DNA from: the human T2T-CHM13v2.0 reference genome, Homo sapiens
DNA: 64,000 nt
Assembly: GCF_009914755.1 (NCBI RefSeq)
Contig: NC_060925.1
Reading direction: 5' to 3' (one strand)
The notes beneath the pieces are model-generated. The model was given only the letters and a program-made list of their open reading frames with translations, did no database searches and was not told the DNA's origin. A program made the position numbers and the translations under genes. Positions 27,001 through 40,900 of this stretch are shown piece by piece; position 1 is the stretch's first letter; every line of letters starts with the position of its first letter.

Positions 27001-30000
27001 GGTCATGTGATGTCTTTTCCTTAGAGCAATCTGTAGTCAGTGGGGTTTATTTTCAGTTGTTCAACATTGACCAGGTATCTTCTGTGCTCTTAGAGCTTGG
27101 TGATAGTTTCTGGTGTGTGGGTGGAGGTGGAGGCAGCCGGCACAGGGGACAAGGCCACTGTAAGAAGTTTGTAATCTAATTGGAGAGAAAGGGTGAAAAG
27201 CGTGGAATAGAGAACAGTGAACTGAGTGCATTCCCGGATGCTGAGTGGGGTAGTGAAGGCCCAAGTGGAGAGAGCATTTAGACAAAGCAGGATCCTGCAA
27301 GGCAAAGGCTGCAGAGAAATGTCGGGATTGAGCTTGGTCCGGGAGGGTGCTTACATCGGGACAGGCAGAGAGGGCGCAGGGCATCGAGGCTGAGGCAGGG
27401 ATGGGACTGCAAACTCCCAGCGGCAAGAGCCTGGCCTGTGGGCGACACAGCGAGATTAACTCAAGGAGGGACCGTCCCAGCAAGCAGAGCAAGACGCTAG
27501 CAAACGCAAGCCACAGTCACACCCGGAACAAACACAAGCCACAGTCACACCTGGAACATCTGGGAGCTACAAGAACAGTACACATTATTCTATATTCTAC
27601 ATAGTTCTAAAAGAATATCAGTATATTATTGTAGTTGGCAATGGGGAGTCATTACAGGCTCTTGACCAACAACGTGATAAGGTGAGAGAAATGATGTTGC
27701 TTTTATTGATGGATTTTCATTGCTTCATCCACAGCTCCTTGCCAGCCCCTCTATGGTCAGCAAGATGAAATTGTGTATAGCCCAGAGCCAAGAATGAGCC
27801 CAGGAGGGAAGGGAATGTCTGTCCTGGCCAGTGCACATATCAGCAGCTGAGGATGTCAATCTGTGATACACAGTTGATGCCATAATTACACCAGCTGAGC
27901 CCCTACCCTGAGCCCCCAGTCCTCGCGCTCCCCCGTCCCCTATCATCCATTATATGTTATGTCAATCCTATTTTCTTCCTCCAGTCTCTTAACATTTCAC
28001 CCTCATCCTGGTGTGTTACTTCCTTGGATTCTTTCCCTTGCTTTCCTTTTCTTGGACTGGATGGGGAAGTCTGACAGTTAGATGAGCACCTTGGTCTGAA
28101 TTAAATTCATTCCCACCACAGGGAGGCTCAGCACCAGAAAAGCCCTGGAGTGAGGGAGGGTCTGCCTGAAGAGAAGCCCCTCAGGGAAGCATGGAGGTTC
28201 TGGAATGCTCCAGACCTTGGCCCGCCTGGACATGAGCAAGGCCTGTTCTGCGCTCGACCCAGCCTGCTTGGTGCCCAGCACTGGGCTGGTGCAGGTTACT
28301 GTTGGATATTATTGGTTGATTCATTGATGGGCTGGTTGCTTGGTTGGCGGCACAGTCCTAAAAGTTTACTCATGTTTATTTTCTGTGTATTTCTCATATC
28401 TTTTCCTGCTGGTGCTAAGTGCTTTAAGTGTTGAGTCTAGTCTGCTACTTTGTCATTCTAAGCGCCAGACCCTGTGCCTTTCTCTTGGTGCTGAGTCAAC
28501 ATTACTGACTGATGGGCCTGTCTTGTGAGTTGTGACTTGCACCTGTAGTGAATTGAGCTCCCAGGCTACCAGGTTCAGTTCCCAGGGCGCTGCACAAAAA
28601 CTTGTGACTAATTGCTCCTCACCGAGGGCACCATGGTTTGCTCTGCCAACCTCTCCTATTCATTTGGTTCTCAGGCACATCCTGGTTTTGTTTTAATAAA
28701 TTCAAGCAGCACAGTGATCACTGGCTTAATGAAAACCAGAGGAAGGCAAGCCGCTTGCTGTCAGACTTCAGATTTCCAGAATGTTTCTAAGCGAACCAAC
28801 CTAGAGCCAGTTGAGAATAGGTTCAGAATGAGAGCCTTTTTGAATACACAGTTGGGGGAAAAGGAGGAGAGTCATTGATTCTCTCAGACACCAAGGAAGC
28901 TCCTTAGAATAGAACCCCAAAGAGAGTAGGTGGCGCTGATGCTGTGAGATGACACTGTGGTCCTAGGTGCGGGGTTCGGAATCGCAGAGAACACGGGAGG
29001 AAGCCCAGGCTCGGCATCGAGGAGAGCTTTGTGGCCCTGGAGAACCTGCCTCTTTCTCATCCCCAGCACGGGAGCACTTGCCTTTTCAGCTAAAACATGA
29101 CAGCAGGCCACACAGCCAGCATCGTTCTTCATCATGGAGCTGGCCCCTTCCTGGTCAACAAAATCACATGGATTGATTCACATTCTCTTTCTCTCTCTGC
29201 TCTGATATCTACAGTTCCTTTCAACATTAGTGCCTCGTGCTTTTTTGACTGTCTTCCTAGTGCCTACTCTTTGAATCAGAATGCAGACAGTGGGCGATGG
29301 AGCGAAAGCCATGCTGGAGGGCTCTCAGGAGCAGGAGTTTGGGAATGGGCAGAAGCATATTCCCCAGGGGGAGCTGAGAGGGCTCAGCACTCAGAACACC
29401 CATGTTTCCCAACACTTAACCTCAGAAGCAGCATCTGCAGACTCGTGTGGGGACTTCTGTCTGGACTCAGGGATGTTAAGAGTAGAAGGCCCAATGTCAG
29501 CTTCTCACGTGGGCTGTCAGCACCGCAGATGATACCGGAAGATGGACTGTGATGGGCCAGCGACCCCTCTGACTGCACGCAGCTGTCAGCCAGGCCTGGA
29601 ACAGGAGGGGCGAGGGGGTGGGCTCAGCCTCTGTTAGTGGGAGAGGTCCTGGTTGGAAGTTTCACTGAAGTATCAGTGTTGACTTTCTCAGGTCAAATCT
29701 GGGCCATTTCATGCGGTAAATTCATGTTGGCAGGTATCAGCCCAAGTGTTTTGAACATGCTGCACTTGTACATGCCTGGACCAAATGCCAGGCTGATGAG
29801 CAGGGAGGGGTTGAAAAGCAGAAGGGAGCCCAACCCACCGGCGTCAGCAGGAGGCTGGCCCTGGCTGTGGCTCCCCGATCAGACAGGCGGCGTCCAATGG
29901 GGCACCACACGACTCCCACCAGGGTGGGGCTTCCCCTGTACCTTTCTTAGAGCTGATGGTCCCCTGACCCCACTCGCAGCCTGGAAGGAGGGGATCCCTG

Positions 30001-30819
30001 GCAGAGACCGGGCTTGGCAGAAAACTGGGCATCTGCTTGAGAGGTGGAAATGCTGGAGCATGCAGAAAATCTAAGAACCCTTATTTATAGGGGGCCCCAG
30101 ACCAAGACCCTCGGGTCAGTCTTTCTTTGCCCAGGGATGGCATAGCAGTACCATCGCTTCCTGTGCCCTTTCCAGTAATGTGAGGGCACCATCTCCGCCC
30201 CTGAACTCCCTTCAGGCCACTTCACTCCATTTCCTCAGCCTGACCACATTACCCCTGCCCCAGTACTTGGCTTCCCTCACCATCACCTAAGTGAAGCTCA
30301 CATGCACCTCTGGAGGGAGACAGGCACGGGGAGAGGGAGCCTCAGCTGGAGGTGCAGGAACTGAGTATCAATCCATTCACGGGATTGAGGTTCTGGTACC
30401 CAAATTCAGAATTTTACGAAAATCCAAGACACTTGTTCATTCGTGTGCAGGAAAAAGGTATTCCTAGCCCCCAAACCACACCTAACCTGACAGTGGGCAC
30501 TCACTTCACCTTGAGAGGGATCGATGTGGTGAGGAAGTTCAAGGTTGCTAGATGGCATGGAAAGGAGGCAATGGGAAGGAAGTAGATACCCGCCAGGATA
30601 TTTCTGTGAAGCTGTTGTAGCCCAGTGAAATGTCACTCTCCAGGTGTTTTTACCTTCTCTACTCCCAGCTCACACGGTGCCCTGGCACGGGTATTGGCAG
30701 GACTCTCCAGGTGTTTTTCTCTACTCCCATCTCACACGGTGCCCTGGCACGGGTATTGGCAGGAGATGGAGGGTGGCTCTTATCCAAGACATTTTCCCAT
30801 CTGATCATATCCCATCCGC

Positions 30820-31318
30820 GGTAGCCAGGCTCCAAGATGGCCCCCATGGTCTCTGCCTCCTGGTGTTCACACCCTTGTGTAGTCCCCTCCCGTATTTACC
30901 AGAGTTGGTCTCTGTTGAGTGAGGTAAGGCAGAGTGATGGTATGTCACTTTCAAAAGTAGGTTATAAAAGACACTGCACCTTCTGTGCTGGGTGCCCCTC
31001 TTGCTTTCTTGGGTCATTCCCTCTGGGGGATGCCAGCTGCCATGTCATAAATAGTCCTGTGTAGGAGAGGCCTGCATGGCAATGAACTAAAGCCTCCTGC
31101 CATGATGACATGAGTGAGCTTAGAAATGGAAGCTTCAACCTCAGTCAAGCCTTCAGATGAGTGCAGCCCTAGCTGACAGCTTGCCTGCGACTCCGAGAGG
31201 CTCTGAGCCAGAACCACCTGGCAAAAATTGCTCCCAGATTCCCAACCCACAGGGATATGTGAGATCAATGTTTGTTGTTTTAGCTGCTGGGTTTGGGGTT
31301 TATTTGTTACACAGCAGC
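30820..31318 (+). mobile_element. MaLR LTR (MLT1-type)
   Basis: ccaagatggccccca...cccttgtgtagtcccctccc start; aagccttcagatgagtgcagcc; ends ttatttgttacacagca. Confidence 0.8.
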
Positions 31319-31551
31319 CATTTGGAAGCTAGAGTTGAGGCACACAGAAGCTAAACAGTTTGCCAACAGTCAGCTAGCTTGATCAGACTGATTTAAAAGA
31401 AAAAAACCCCTCTGATCTGGTCCCTTCCCAGGGTAGGTGTCTCACGCTAAGGAGACAGACATTTGCTTTATTCCCGTGGTCGATGTTACTTAGTTTCGTT
31501 AGTTGGGGCCTGCACTTTGTTGGAAACTAAATGCCATTGTGTATGTGTCTA

Positions 31552-31937
<386 letters not shown>

Positions 31938-32511
31938 TTAACACAGCAGTGAGTGCCCCTTGTTGTCTCCTGGAGGAGGCATGCTTCAGCTGGCATCTGC
32001 TCATCAAAACGTCAGTCCCCTGTACCATGCAAGAGTTTAGTCTCCATTCTGGGAGCCATGTGCTTCACTAATACCCAGGGTCTCTTCTGCTGTGAAAGAA
32101 AGAGGATAGATACTGGGAGAGAACTAGCCGTCCTCGTCACAACGTGTGAAGTGTGTGAAATAGTACCAGGCACGTAACCAGTGCATGTGAGTGCTACTGC
32201 TGCTGTTATAAGCAAATAAACAGTGTTTTCTGGAACTCCTGTAATGACATCAAATGCTAGGACCTTTTGACCTATCCATGCTGAGGATGCCCCCTAGGCT
32301 GCGTGTTTTACAGGTGGAAACTAGGAGGCGGTTCTAAAGATTCCTCAGGGAGTTTGCTGAGCTAAAGCCCAAGTGTTGGTTTAGGGGAGTAGAGGTGGAG
32401 GTGGGTGGTGGGAAGTGGGAGTGTTTAGCCCTACCTCAGATCCTGGGGTGCTTGTCATGACCTCCTCTGTTACATCCACAAAATATTTAAAAGATTGAAA
32501 TTCAGGCTTCA

Positions 32512-32820
<309 letters not shown>

Positions 32821-32866
32821 TTGAAATTCAGAAAGACTAACTCTCTGGGCTTATCCCCCTCCTCAG

Positions 32867-33069
32867 GTTCTCAGAGACGGAGGCTTATCCCAGCACTATC
32901 CCTGGACACCTCTTCCCCTGTGAGAAAACCCCCCAACAGCACAGGCGTCCGCTGGGTGGATGGCCCCTTGCGGAGCAGCCCGAGGGGCCTTGGGGAACCC
33001 TTTGAGATTAAAGTCTATGAAATCGATGATGTGGAGCGCCTGCAGCGGCGACGAGGGGGTGCCAGCAAG
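32867..33069 (+). CDS. KIF26B: KIF26B coding exon (probably exon 13)
   Basis: Acceptor ccccctcctcag|GT, donor AAG|gtgagg, 203 nt. Encodes (G)[20 protein letters not shown]...[22 protein letters not shown]; phase 1 start matches the previous exon. Confidence 0.95.
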
Positions 33070-33405
33070 GTGAGGCAGCCTCCTTCCCACCCCCTGCCTA
33101 CGTGGTGGCAGCTCCCCACCAAGCCTGAGCAGGTGCTAGGCAGGGCCCTGGGGAAGAAAACTCAGACCCGGGCTTCCCAGCGGGCTTCTGGCATGGGTGG
33201 TGGGAAGGGGGCTTCTGTCCCAGCAAAGGGCCTTTGGACAGAGGCCTTGGAGAGAGCCCCATGTTTCTCTTCCTGAAATGTTTTAAGGGCTTCAAAGCCA
33301 GGGGTCGGGGGCTGGTGATCTTGGGGGCTTTTCTGGCTCCTTGAGGCTCCCAGTCTTAACCAACCTTTGTCCAACTTGAACACCCACCACCTGCTTTCTC
33401 AACTT

Positions 33406-33468
33406 AAGAATGGCCTGTCATAGTCCAAAAATGGTCTGTCATAGTCCAAGAATGGTCTGTCATAGTCC
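33406..33468. repeat. 21-bp tandem repeat x3
   Basis: Unit aagaatggtctgtcatagtcc. Confidence 0.9.
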
Positions 33469-33647
33469 TACCTTGTGAGGTGTCTGAATTGAGGTCTGTC
33501 AAGGGAGAATTTGGTGGGGATGACCCATGTCCCTCCCACACGTCTCCAAGCCCAGCCTGTTTTCCATCAACGATACTCACAGGTGCTCCTGTGGTGTGGG
33601 CTGGGTGTGAGCAGAAGGGCCCTTTCTCCTCTCTGTCTGTGTGCTAG

Positions 33648-33798
33648 GAGGCCATGTGCTTCAATGCAAAGCTGAAGATTCTGGAACACCGCCAGCAGAG
33701 GATCGCCGAGGTCCGCGCGAAGTACGAGTGGCTGATGAAGGAGCTGGAGGCGACCAAACAGTATCTGATGCTGGATCCCAACAAGTGGCTCAGTGAAT
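33648..33798 (+). CDS. KIF26B: KIF26B coding exon (probably exon 14), C-terminal coiled coil
   Basis: Acceptor ctctgtctgtgtgctag|GAG, donor GAAT|gtaagg, 151 nt. Hand translation: [50 protein letters not shown]. Confidence 0.94.
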
Positions 33799-34934
33799 GT
33801 AAGGCCGGGGTGCCTTCCCACCCTTGTGACTAGTGGGTTCACCTGCTCAACCGGGCTGGCGTGTAGCCCAGGGTGACAGTGACACAGGCTGTGTCCTCGT
33901 CCTCAGTCACAGGATGCCCATCAAATGGAGGAAGTTGCACCGAGCGAGCAGCCCTACTCCCCTGGGGATGGGCGGGAGGGGCCGGGACAGCAGAGGGGTG
34001 GTGAATATTGCTCTTGCAAGATTATTTCTACGTGTCTCAGTCCAAAGCACCTGAAAATGAGATTTTTCCCCCTGCGTGTGGCAGAAGATCACCCAGACAT
34101 GAAGGCTGTATTACAAATCTCCTAGGCCACAAAATCACACTGCATATCTAGCCTGAAATAGACAAGAATTTATAGAGCCCTTAAAAAGGTAGAGTGTACA
34201 GTCCTCGAAAAGCCACGCAGAGAACCCAGAAAGCAAGGAAAACATTTTTGAGTGGAAAAAAAAAAAAAAAGACAGCCACAGTGTTATTTCCATTTAATAG
34301 AAAGCCCAGGATGACCATAACCATCTAATAACAATTCAGGACAATTTTGCTCTCTTTGAAAGGTGGATTCAATTGTCTTATTAGTTCCTGACCATTCCAT
34401 TTAGCACAAAATAAAACTTCAGTCTGGTCCCAGCTATTACACGGATATAGGAGCTAATGCTGGAAGACTCAGTCTGTGGGGTGAAATACATTCCTGCCAT
34501 TCAAGTTCCCTCTGCCTCCCCTTCCCATCCAGCCCTCAGCCTCCGGCAGGCCTCCTTTGTACAGCCCCTCCCCTGCACTGCCCCAACCCTCTTCCAGTCT
34601 TCCCCAGCCAGTGTGGAGGGCCTACAGGTGGAGGCTGGAAGCTTAGGTTTATGTTCCAAAGCAGCTGGTTGAAAAAATATTGGTGTGAAATGGTCCTGGG
34701 TGAAGGTGCGGAAGAAAGTGGCAGGACTTGTCAGCCTCCCAGCTGTGCCTTCCACATGTAACTGCAGTCTCGCAGCAGCTGCCTCTCCACAGGGATAAGG
34801 TGATAACAACATTTCCCTAAGTACTCATTGGATTCTTGGGACAGTCTGTGGAGCATTCTATAATATAATATTAAGTTGCAGCATTTGCCGCTGTGGCCAC
34901 AGGCATACAGACCTGCTTTGGCTGCTGGCTTTCT

Positions 34935-35085
34935 CACATACTAGCTGTGGGACCTCAGGTAAGACACTTAACTCTGAGCCTTGACTTCCTTAGCTGTAAA
35001 ATGGGAAAAATAATGGTGACTACACCATAGGGCAGTTGTGAGGTATAAATCAGTTCCCGTTGGTCCTCTTGGTGCTTACTACACT
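34935..35085 (+). mobile_element. MIR
   Basis: tactagctgtgggacctcagg...ctctgagcct...tgtaaaatggg core. Confidence 0.7.
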
Positions 35086-35122
35086 GCTTGGCCCAGGATG
35101 AGAGCTCAGGATCTGGTAGTAA

Positions 35123-35412
<290 letters not shown>

Positions 35413-37209
35413 CAGGAGGCATTTCCTTCGTGTCTGCTTGCATGATGCACTGAGGAGTTGGATCTTCTGTTAGAAATTTGAGCAAAGAAAGACATGAACT
35501 AGTCCTGCGAGGGCCTTTCATCGAAGGCGCTAATGGGGAGGGCAGACAGGGGCGAGGGCGCTGGTTACTGTCTGCGCGTGACATGCGCACGGGGCGCTGT
35601 GCTTATCCCTCCCCGCTGCGGATACCCTTTTCCTTGTTTCAGGAATCCCTGGCCACTTCAAGATCCCAGGGGCCTCCTTTCAGTCAGTCAGTTCTCTCTC
35701 CTTCATTTTTGCTATTTTCATTAACATTTTATTTTCAAGAACTGTTTATGCCCAAGGCAGACTTGACTTGAAAATTATCTTCATCTTACAAAGTCAGTCA
35801 TATTTTTCCCAGGATGGGAACAAGCTGAAACATCAATACATATGTGTTTAGATGCTTCCAGGAAACAATTGCTTCCTTCTAGTCTTTGTACATGTCAAAA
35901 ATCACTGTGTTTTTGATGCTGAGAAAGAAAATGAACAGAAAGCTACATGAAAGGGGAAATATATATTGTTTCTTGAAGATGAATTGAAAACAGTAATGAA
36001 AAAAAGGATCAATGAGCTGCCTGCTGACTATTCCCTGTGGGCATGAGGCAGGGGACTGGCATGGAAAGATCCATTTTTAGTTCTATTATTTCTTCATTCT
36101 GATGCCACTTTTAAGGTTGTCCAGTAATGTAGTCTGATGTGGTCATAGAATGATGTCTCCTTTTGCTTTTTTGTTTTGGTTTTTAAATATTAAACTGGTA
36201 TTCAGGGCCTTCGGTCTCCTTCCAGCTCTAGTCCTGGTTAACTGTGTCAGCCTCAGTGAGTCACGTCACTGTCCAGCTCTCAGGGACCTCATCTGCAGAA
36301 AGAAGACACTCTGCAGACAGCGGCCACTCTAAGCCCCAGTGTTTCCATAGCACGGCATCGTTTTCAAATCAAGTTCGTGTTCATTATTATCTCATTTTAT
36401 TCTTCACAGCAACTCAAGGCAGGCAGGGCAGGCAGCGTAGGAGTTACTATTCTCACATGCCTTTAAAGACACTGTCAGCAGAGGTGGAGGTCCCAGAGCT
36501 CGTCTCTTCAGAGCTTGTCTCGTGCCTGGGGTTCCAGGGCCATCCCACCACCTTGGACTGCTGTCCACGCCTCTCCTCCTCGTACTGGGAGCCTGCTGGA
36601 CCCCTGGACCTGGGCCAGGCAGCCCATCCCTCTGCCCGGCCACCTCTGGACAAAGCAGGGGACTTGATGCCAGAGGGGTTGATCCCAGATACCTGCTCTT
36701 CAGGCCTGGAATGATACAGACTTTTTACTCTGTGCAGGCCTGAACATCAGGAAAGGCATCTGGGTTATAATCCAGAAACGTCCTTTCATATAAGGAAGCA
36801 GAGGTATAAATGTCACTCAACTGAGACCCCCAAAAGGGAGGGACTCTCCCCACCTCAACTTGAATTATTTACTTGATTGATAGTGAATAGTGTGGTAGCG
36901 TCTCTCAAATCCTGGGATCCATCCTGGATCCTCCATGGCTGGAGGTAGGGGGAGCTAGAATGTCACCTTATTGGTCAGTAGAATCTCAGAAAAAACCTTA
37001 AGGATCTAAATACTGGTAAAGAGTGTTCCTTTCAACCCAAAAGAGGCCGAGAATCAGGCAGGAGGGAACTCTGCAGTGGCCTAAGGCAAGCGAACTAGAC
37101 CTTTAGACCAAGGGGTAGATGTGGGGGTGGCAGCTCCAGGCTGAGCCGTCGGGAGTTGCTTCTCACCCTGTTTGCTCTGCGTCTCCATCAGGCTCTTCCT
37201 CTCTTGCAG

Positions 37210-37358
37210 TTGACTTGGAGCAGGTTTGGGAGCTGGATTCCCTGGAGTACCTGGAGGCACTGGAGTGTGTGACGGAGCGCCTGGAGAGCCGTGTCAACTT
37301 CTGCAAGGCCCATCTCATGATGATCACCTGCTTCGACATCACCTCCAGGCGCCGGTAG
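37210..37358 (+). CDS. KIF26B: KIF26B last coding exon with stop codon
   Basis: Acceptor ctcttcctctcttgcag|TT. Encodes (F)[51 protein letters not shown] at 37356-37358. Confidence 0.95.
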
Positions 37359-37610
37359 ATGAGCCAGACCCTTGTCCTAGTGGTCCCCCGCTCCCCAGGA
37401 CTTCAGAGATGTTGCACGCCCCTAGGCCCTCTGTGCTGGGGCATCAAAGACAATGAATGAGGATGAAGGTTGGTGGCAAGTCTGGAGCGGGCGTTGAGCG
37501 GAAGGCGAGTTTTCTTTTGTTTTCTGTAGGAAAGGTGCAAACGTCAAACACCGTGGAAGGAGAAAAGGATGGGAAGCCCGAGGGGTGTCCAAGCCCTGTG
37601 AGACTGAAAA

Positions 37611-37830
37611 AGCACTTTGAGGAACCTTAAAGACCTTGTTTGTACATAAGAACTGCTAGCAAAAGAGACCTCACTCTTCTCTTGCTTTCGTGAGAAAGGA
37701 GGGGCGTGGATGTAGGATTGCTGTGGAAAGCGAACACAAAACAACCCAGAATGACTGATTAAGTGCCTTGCAAATCTTTATTATTATCCAAACATTTATG
37801 TTCATACTTTCTTGTGTACAGATGGTGCTA
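37611..37830 (+). promoter_or_regulatory. Proximal 3'UTR cluster of miRNA seed matches and a Pumilio element
   Basis: AGCACTTT 37611-37618 (miR-17/20/93/106 and miR-302/372 seeds), TGTACATA 37641-37648 (PUM element), GTGCCTT 37763-37769 (miR-124), TGGTGCTA 37823-37830 (miR-29 8mer). Confidence 0.6.
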
Positions 37831-37979
37831 GTCAAGATGAAAACAACAAAACAAACAAGAAAAACATTTTGGAAATGTATTCACAGCTCTTTTTCTCTTG
37901 GTGTTTTATCCTATTTCTGACTTGCTGTTTCTAAGTAAGTTGTGTTTGTAGAGCTATTTCTTAATCAGTATTGCTTATG

Positions 37980-37985
37980 AATAAA
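37980..37985 (+). terminator. Proximal polyadenylation signal AATAAA
   Basis: AATAAA about 620 nt after the stop, with upstream TGTA motifs and U/GU-rich sequence downstream. Confidence 0.75.
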
Positions 37986-40900
37986 TATTACCTGTCTTTT
38001 ATGGTTATTCTGGTGAGGCCACTCAAACAGAGAGACTTCCCTCGGCACGAGCCAGTGTGTGTGTTTCCAAAGTAGGTTTGGAGCAGCAGGTGACCTCGAT
38101 GCCACATCCCAACAAGCAGCGTGGTCAGGTAGACCCAGAAGGTTGATTGTGGGGCAGGTGCTTTAGAGAACAGGTGAGGAGACGGCACCTGCAGCACAGG
38201 GGAGGAGGAGTCCTTTGCGACCTGGGCCCTCCCTGCTCCTGGGAGGTGGGCCGTATGTTCTGTAGACCGTTTGCCCCCCTCAAGTCCTCCACACATGTGG
38301 TTCCTTGACCCACAAATCCACAGTTTGCGTGGCCCTCAAAATTCATATTCATTTTTATTCCAAAAAGTCTTGAACGAAAGCTGGAACCAATTCACCAGAG
38401 CCATATTTCTTTCTTTAGTATTTTCTAGTGTTGTGTTGTAGATTGATTAAAGTGGGTTTTTCCCCAGCTGAGAGACCTTCTCAGGCTTGTTCAGAGACTT
38501 CAACTGTATTGGATTAGAAGAAGGATTCTTGAGACTGTACATCTTGTCTGTTGTCCAGAGTACAAGGATTTCAGCTCTCCTGTGTCCCAAAGCCTCTATG
38601 CCAAGAAGGGACAGGCTTGTCCTCTCAGTCTTTGCTCCTGCCCAAAGGCAGAGAGAGCTTCCCCTCCATAACTCACACGACCCTGGATAGGCAGAACATA
38701 GCTGAAGACTATGGATGTCCAGGTCTTGGCTCCCAACAACTCAGGACCTCAAATTCAGATGTTCCTCCCTATAACAATTCCCTTAGGAATTATGATACCC
38801 ATTTTAGTGATTGATAGAAACCTGGGGTACAGAGTGGTCAAGGGATTTCCCTGATAAAAGCTGTGGTGCTGATGATAGTGCAGCCCAGAATCTAAGAGTC
38901 CCTGCAGCCTTCGCATCGAGGATGGTACTTAGGCGTGTGCAGAGCACGCTTCCCTTTTGCCCTCAAATGCAGCATATCTTCATGAGCCTATTTATTTCCA
39001 AGCTAGGCTGTCTTTATTAACCAACAACTCAGCCCCAGCCACTCCCCAAGCGGGGAAAAAAACACTACGTTTCTTGGTCAGTGTACCTCTGGACACTGCA
39101 GCCCACACAGCTGGCTGAACTCGGTAAATGGGAACCGAAGTCTTGTGAGCTTCACATGACCTGATCCTTTGTTATCAGAACAGGGTTCAGGTGGCCCTGT
39201 TGGCTCATGTGCTTTGGAAGCCAGCTCCCTGGGTCACGAGTCTGGCTTTGCACTTTCCATAAGAGTCTGCTTCTATGCAAAGGTGCAAACAGGAGACATG
39301 CCCAAATCTGCTGGCTGAACAGGCTAAACTACAGTGAGAGGCTGCTCTGGCATGGCTCGTTCTTCCTTCTGTGTATCTCCCAAGTCTGACAAGTGTGTTG
39401 CCCTGGGAAGCAGGACCTCCCTGAGCTCCTTAACCTTGACCCCATTCTGCAGGACAGTCGCATGCTCTGGGCTCGCCTCTGGCCTCAAAGCACTTGTGTA
39501 AGTGGGCTTGCTTAACAGTAATATCCTTGGAGGCTTCTGGACCCAAAGGGAAGCCAATCCTTCGAGTTTGCCATTGGGCTGCTGGTTGCTGGTTTCAAAC
39601 ATATAGTTCATGAAAAGTCTTTAATTGGAGATTTTCAAAGGTGAATATTCTGTTTTTGTTGGAAAGAAACTCATCTGATGAGTCATCGATGAGTTTGGCT
39701 TTCGCCCCTGCCACATCCTCCCCTGAGGTTCCTTCCATGCTGCACTGCCTTCCTTTAGCCAGTGACAGAGCCTGGTGCCCTTCCTGGACTGAAACCGATG
39801 GAATCCTTCCGAGGGGAGTGGCATTCGGCTTGCCTCCTGCCTAAATCTGCTTTTATCCATTTGTAGCAACTTTATGCTGTAACAAAAGGCGGAAGGAAAC
39901 CAAGAGTTCTCTTAGCAAGTCAGACTCCTTCCCAAGATGGCAATCACAGAACACCTCGCAGGATCTCGCAGGCCACGGTGAAGGAGAATGCTTTATGTTG
40001 ATGTTGTCCATTCTCTCTCTCTTCTCTTTGCTTTTTTTTGACCTAAATAAGCTGCAAACATGTTAATTTACCAATATTGATAAACCACATGAAGAAATCA
40101 GGCATTTTACGTTATGATGTGCTTGTTCCTGTCTCTGCCTATAAATTGACTGTATTGATGATGAAGGAAGGAGTTCCGGCTGACCATTCTGAAGCAGTCC
40201 CAGTCACGGGAGGATGCCTTACCCAGTGGCCAGACATGATAGTTCCAGGTCTCCCCTTGGTTTTGGTGATAGAGAACCCAAGGAGGCAAGGGGGAATATC
40301 AACGAACCCATTTCTATTTCATTACCCACAAGCGAAAGGACTAGAAAAAAATATTTGAAATTAACATTTAGATGCATAGGTCTAACTCCTTGTGTGAACC
40401 TGTCCTCCTCACCCCCTGCTCCAAATATGTGAGGTGGAAGCATTAGCAGCGGAGCAAAACTAAGATCTAAGAACGGGCGGTGGTGCTATTGTGTCCCTGG
40501 GAGTCACTCCACGTCGCATTGCACGGTGGTGCTGAGGAGCGAGAGTTTGCTTTATCATGGGCTTTCAGTTCCCACCTGCGAGCTGCAAACTTTGATCTTG
40601 TTGTCCTTGAATTCCCCTCTACATCACGAGGAAGCTGTCTCTTTCATCTCTTCCGGATTTGGAATCAGAACACTCTGCCCGTTGTTTATTCGCCAGTTGC
40701 CATTCTTAACATGGGGGAGCATTAAGATGCAAATGCAGAGATGTGTCCTGTCTTGACAAAGGTGGGAACCCCTGAGCTGGAGAAGGGGCTCCTCTCATGA
40801 GAAGCTGGGGTAAACAGCCAGGCATCGCAGCGTGGGGAATTAGACAGGCAGGAATCTGGCCTGGTTTGTCATAAATTAGCCTTCAACTTGAAGTCTATTA

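Noticed and set aside
33645-33650. NAGNAG acceptor TAG-GAG
   Set aside because: Distal GAG acceptors are rarely used, and the effect would be one residue.
37356-37424. ATG directly after the stop (21-codon downstream ORF) or stop read-through
   Set aside because: TAG-A is not a leaky context, and a short ORF like this is expected by chance.
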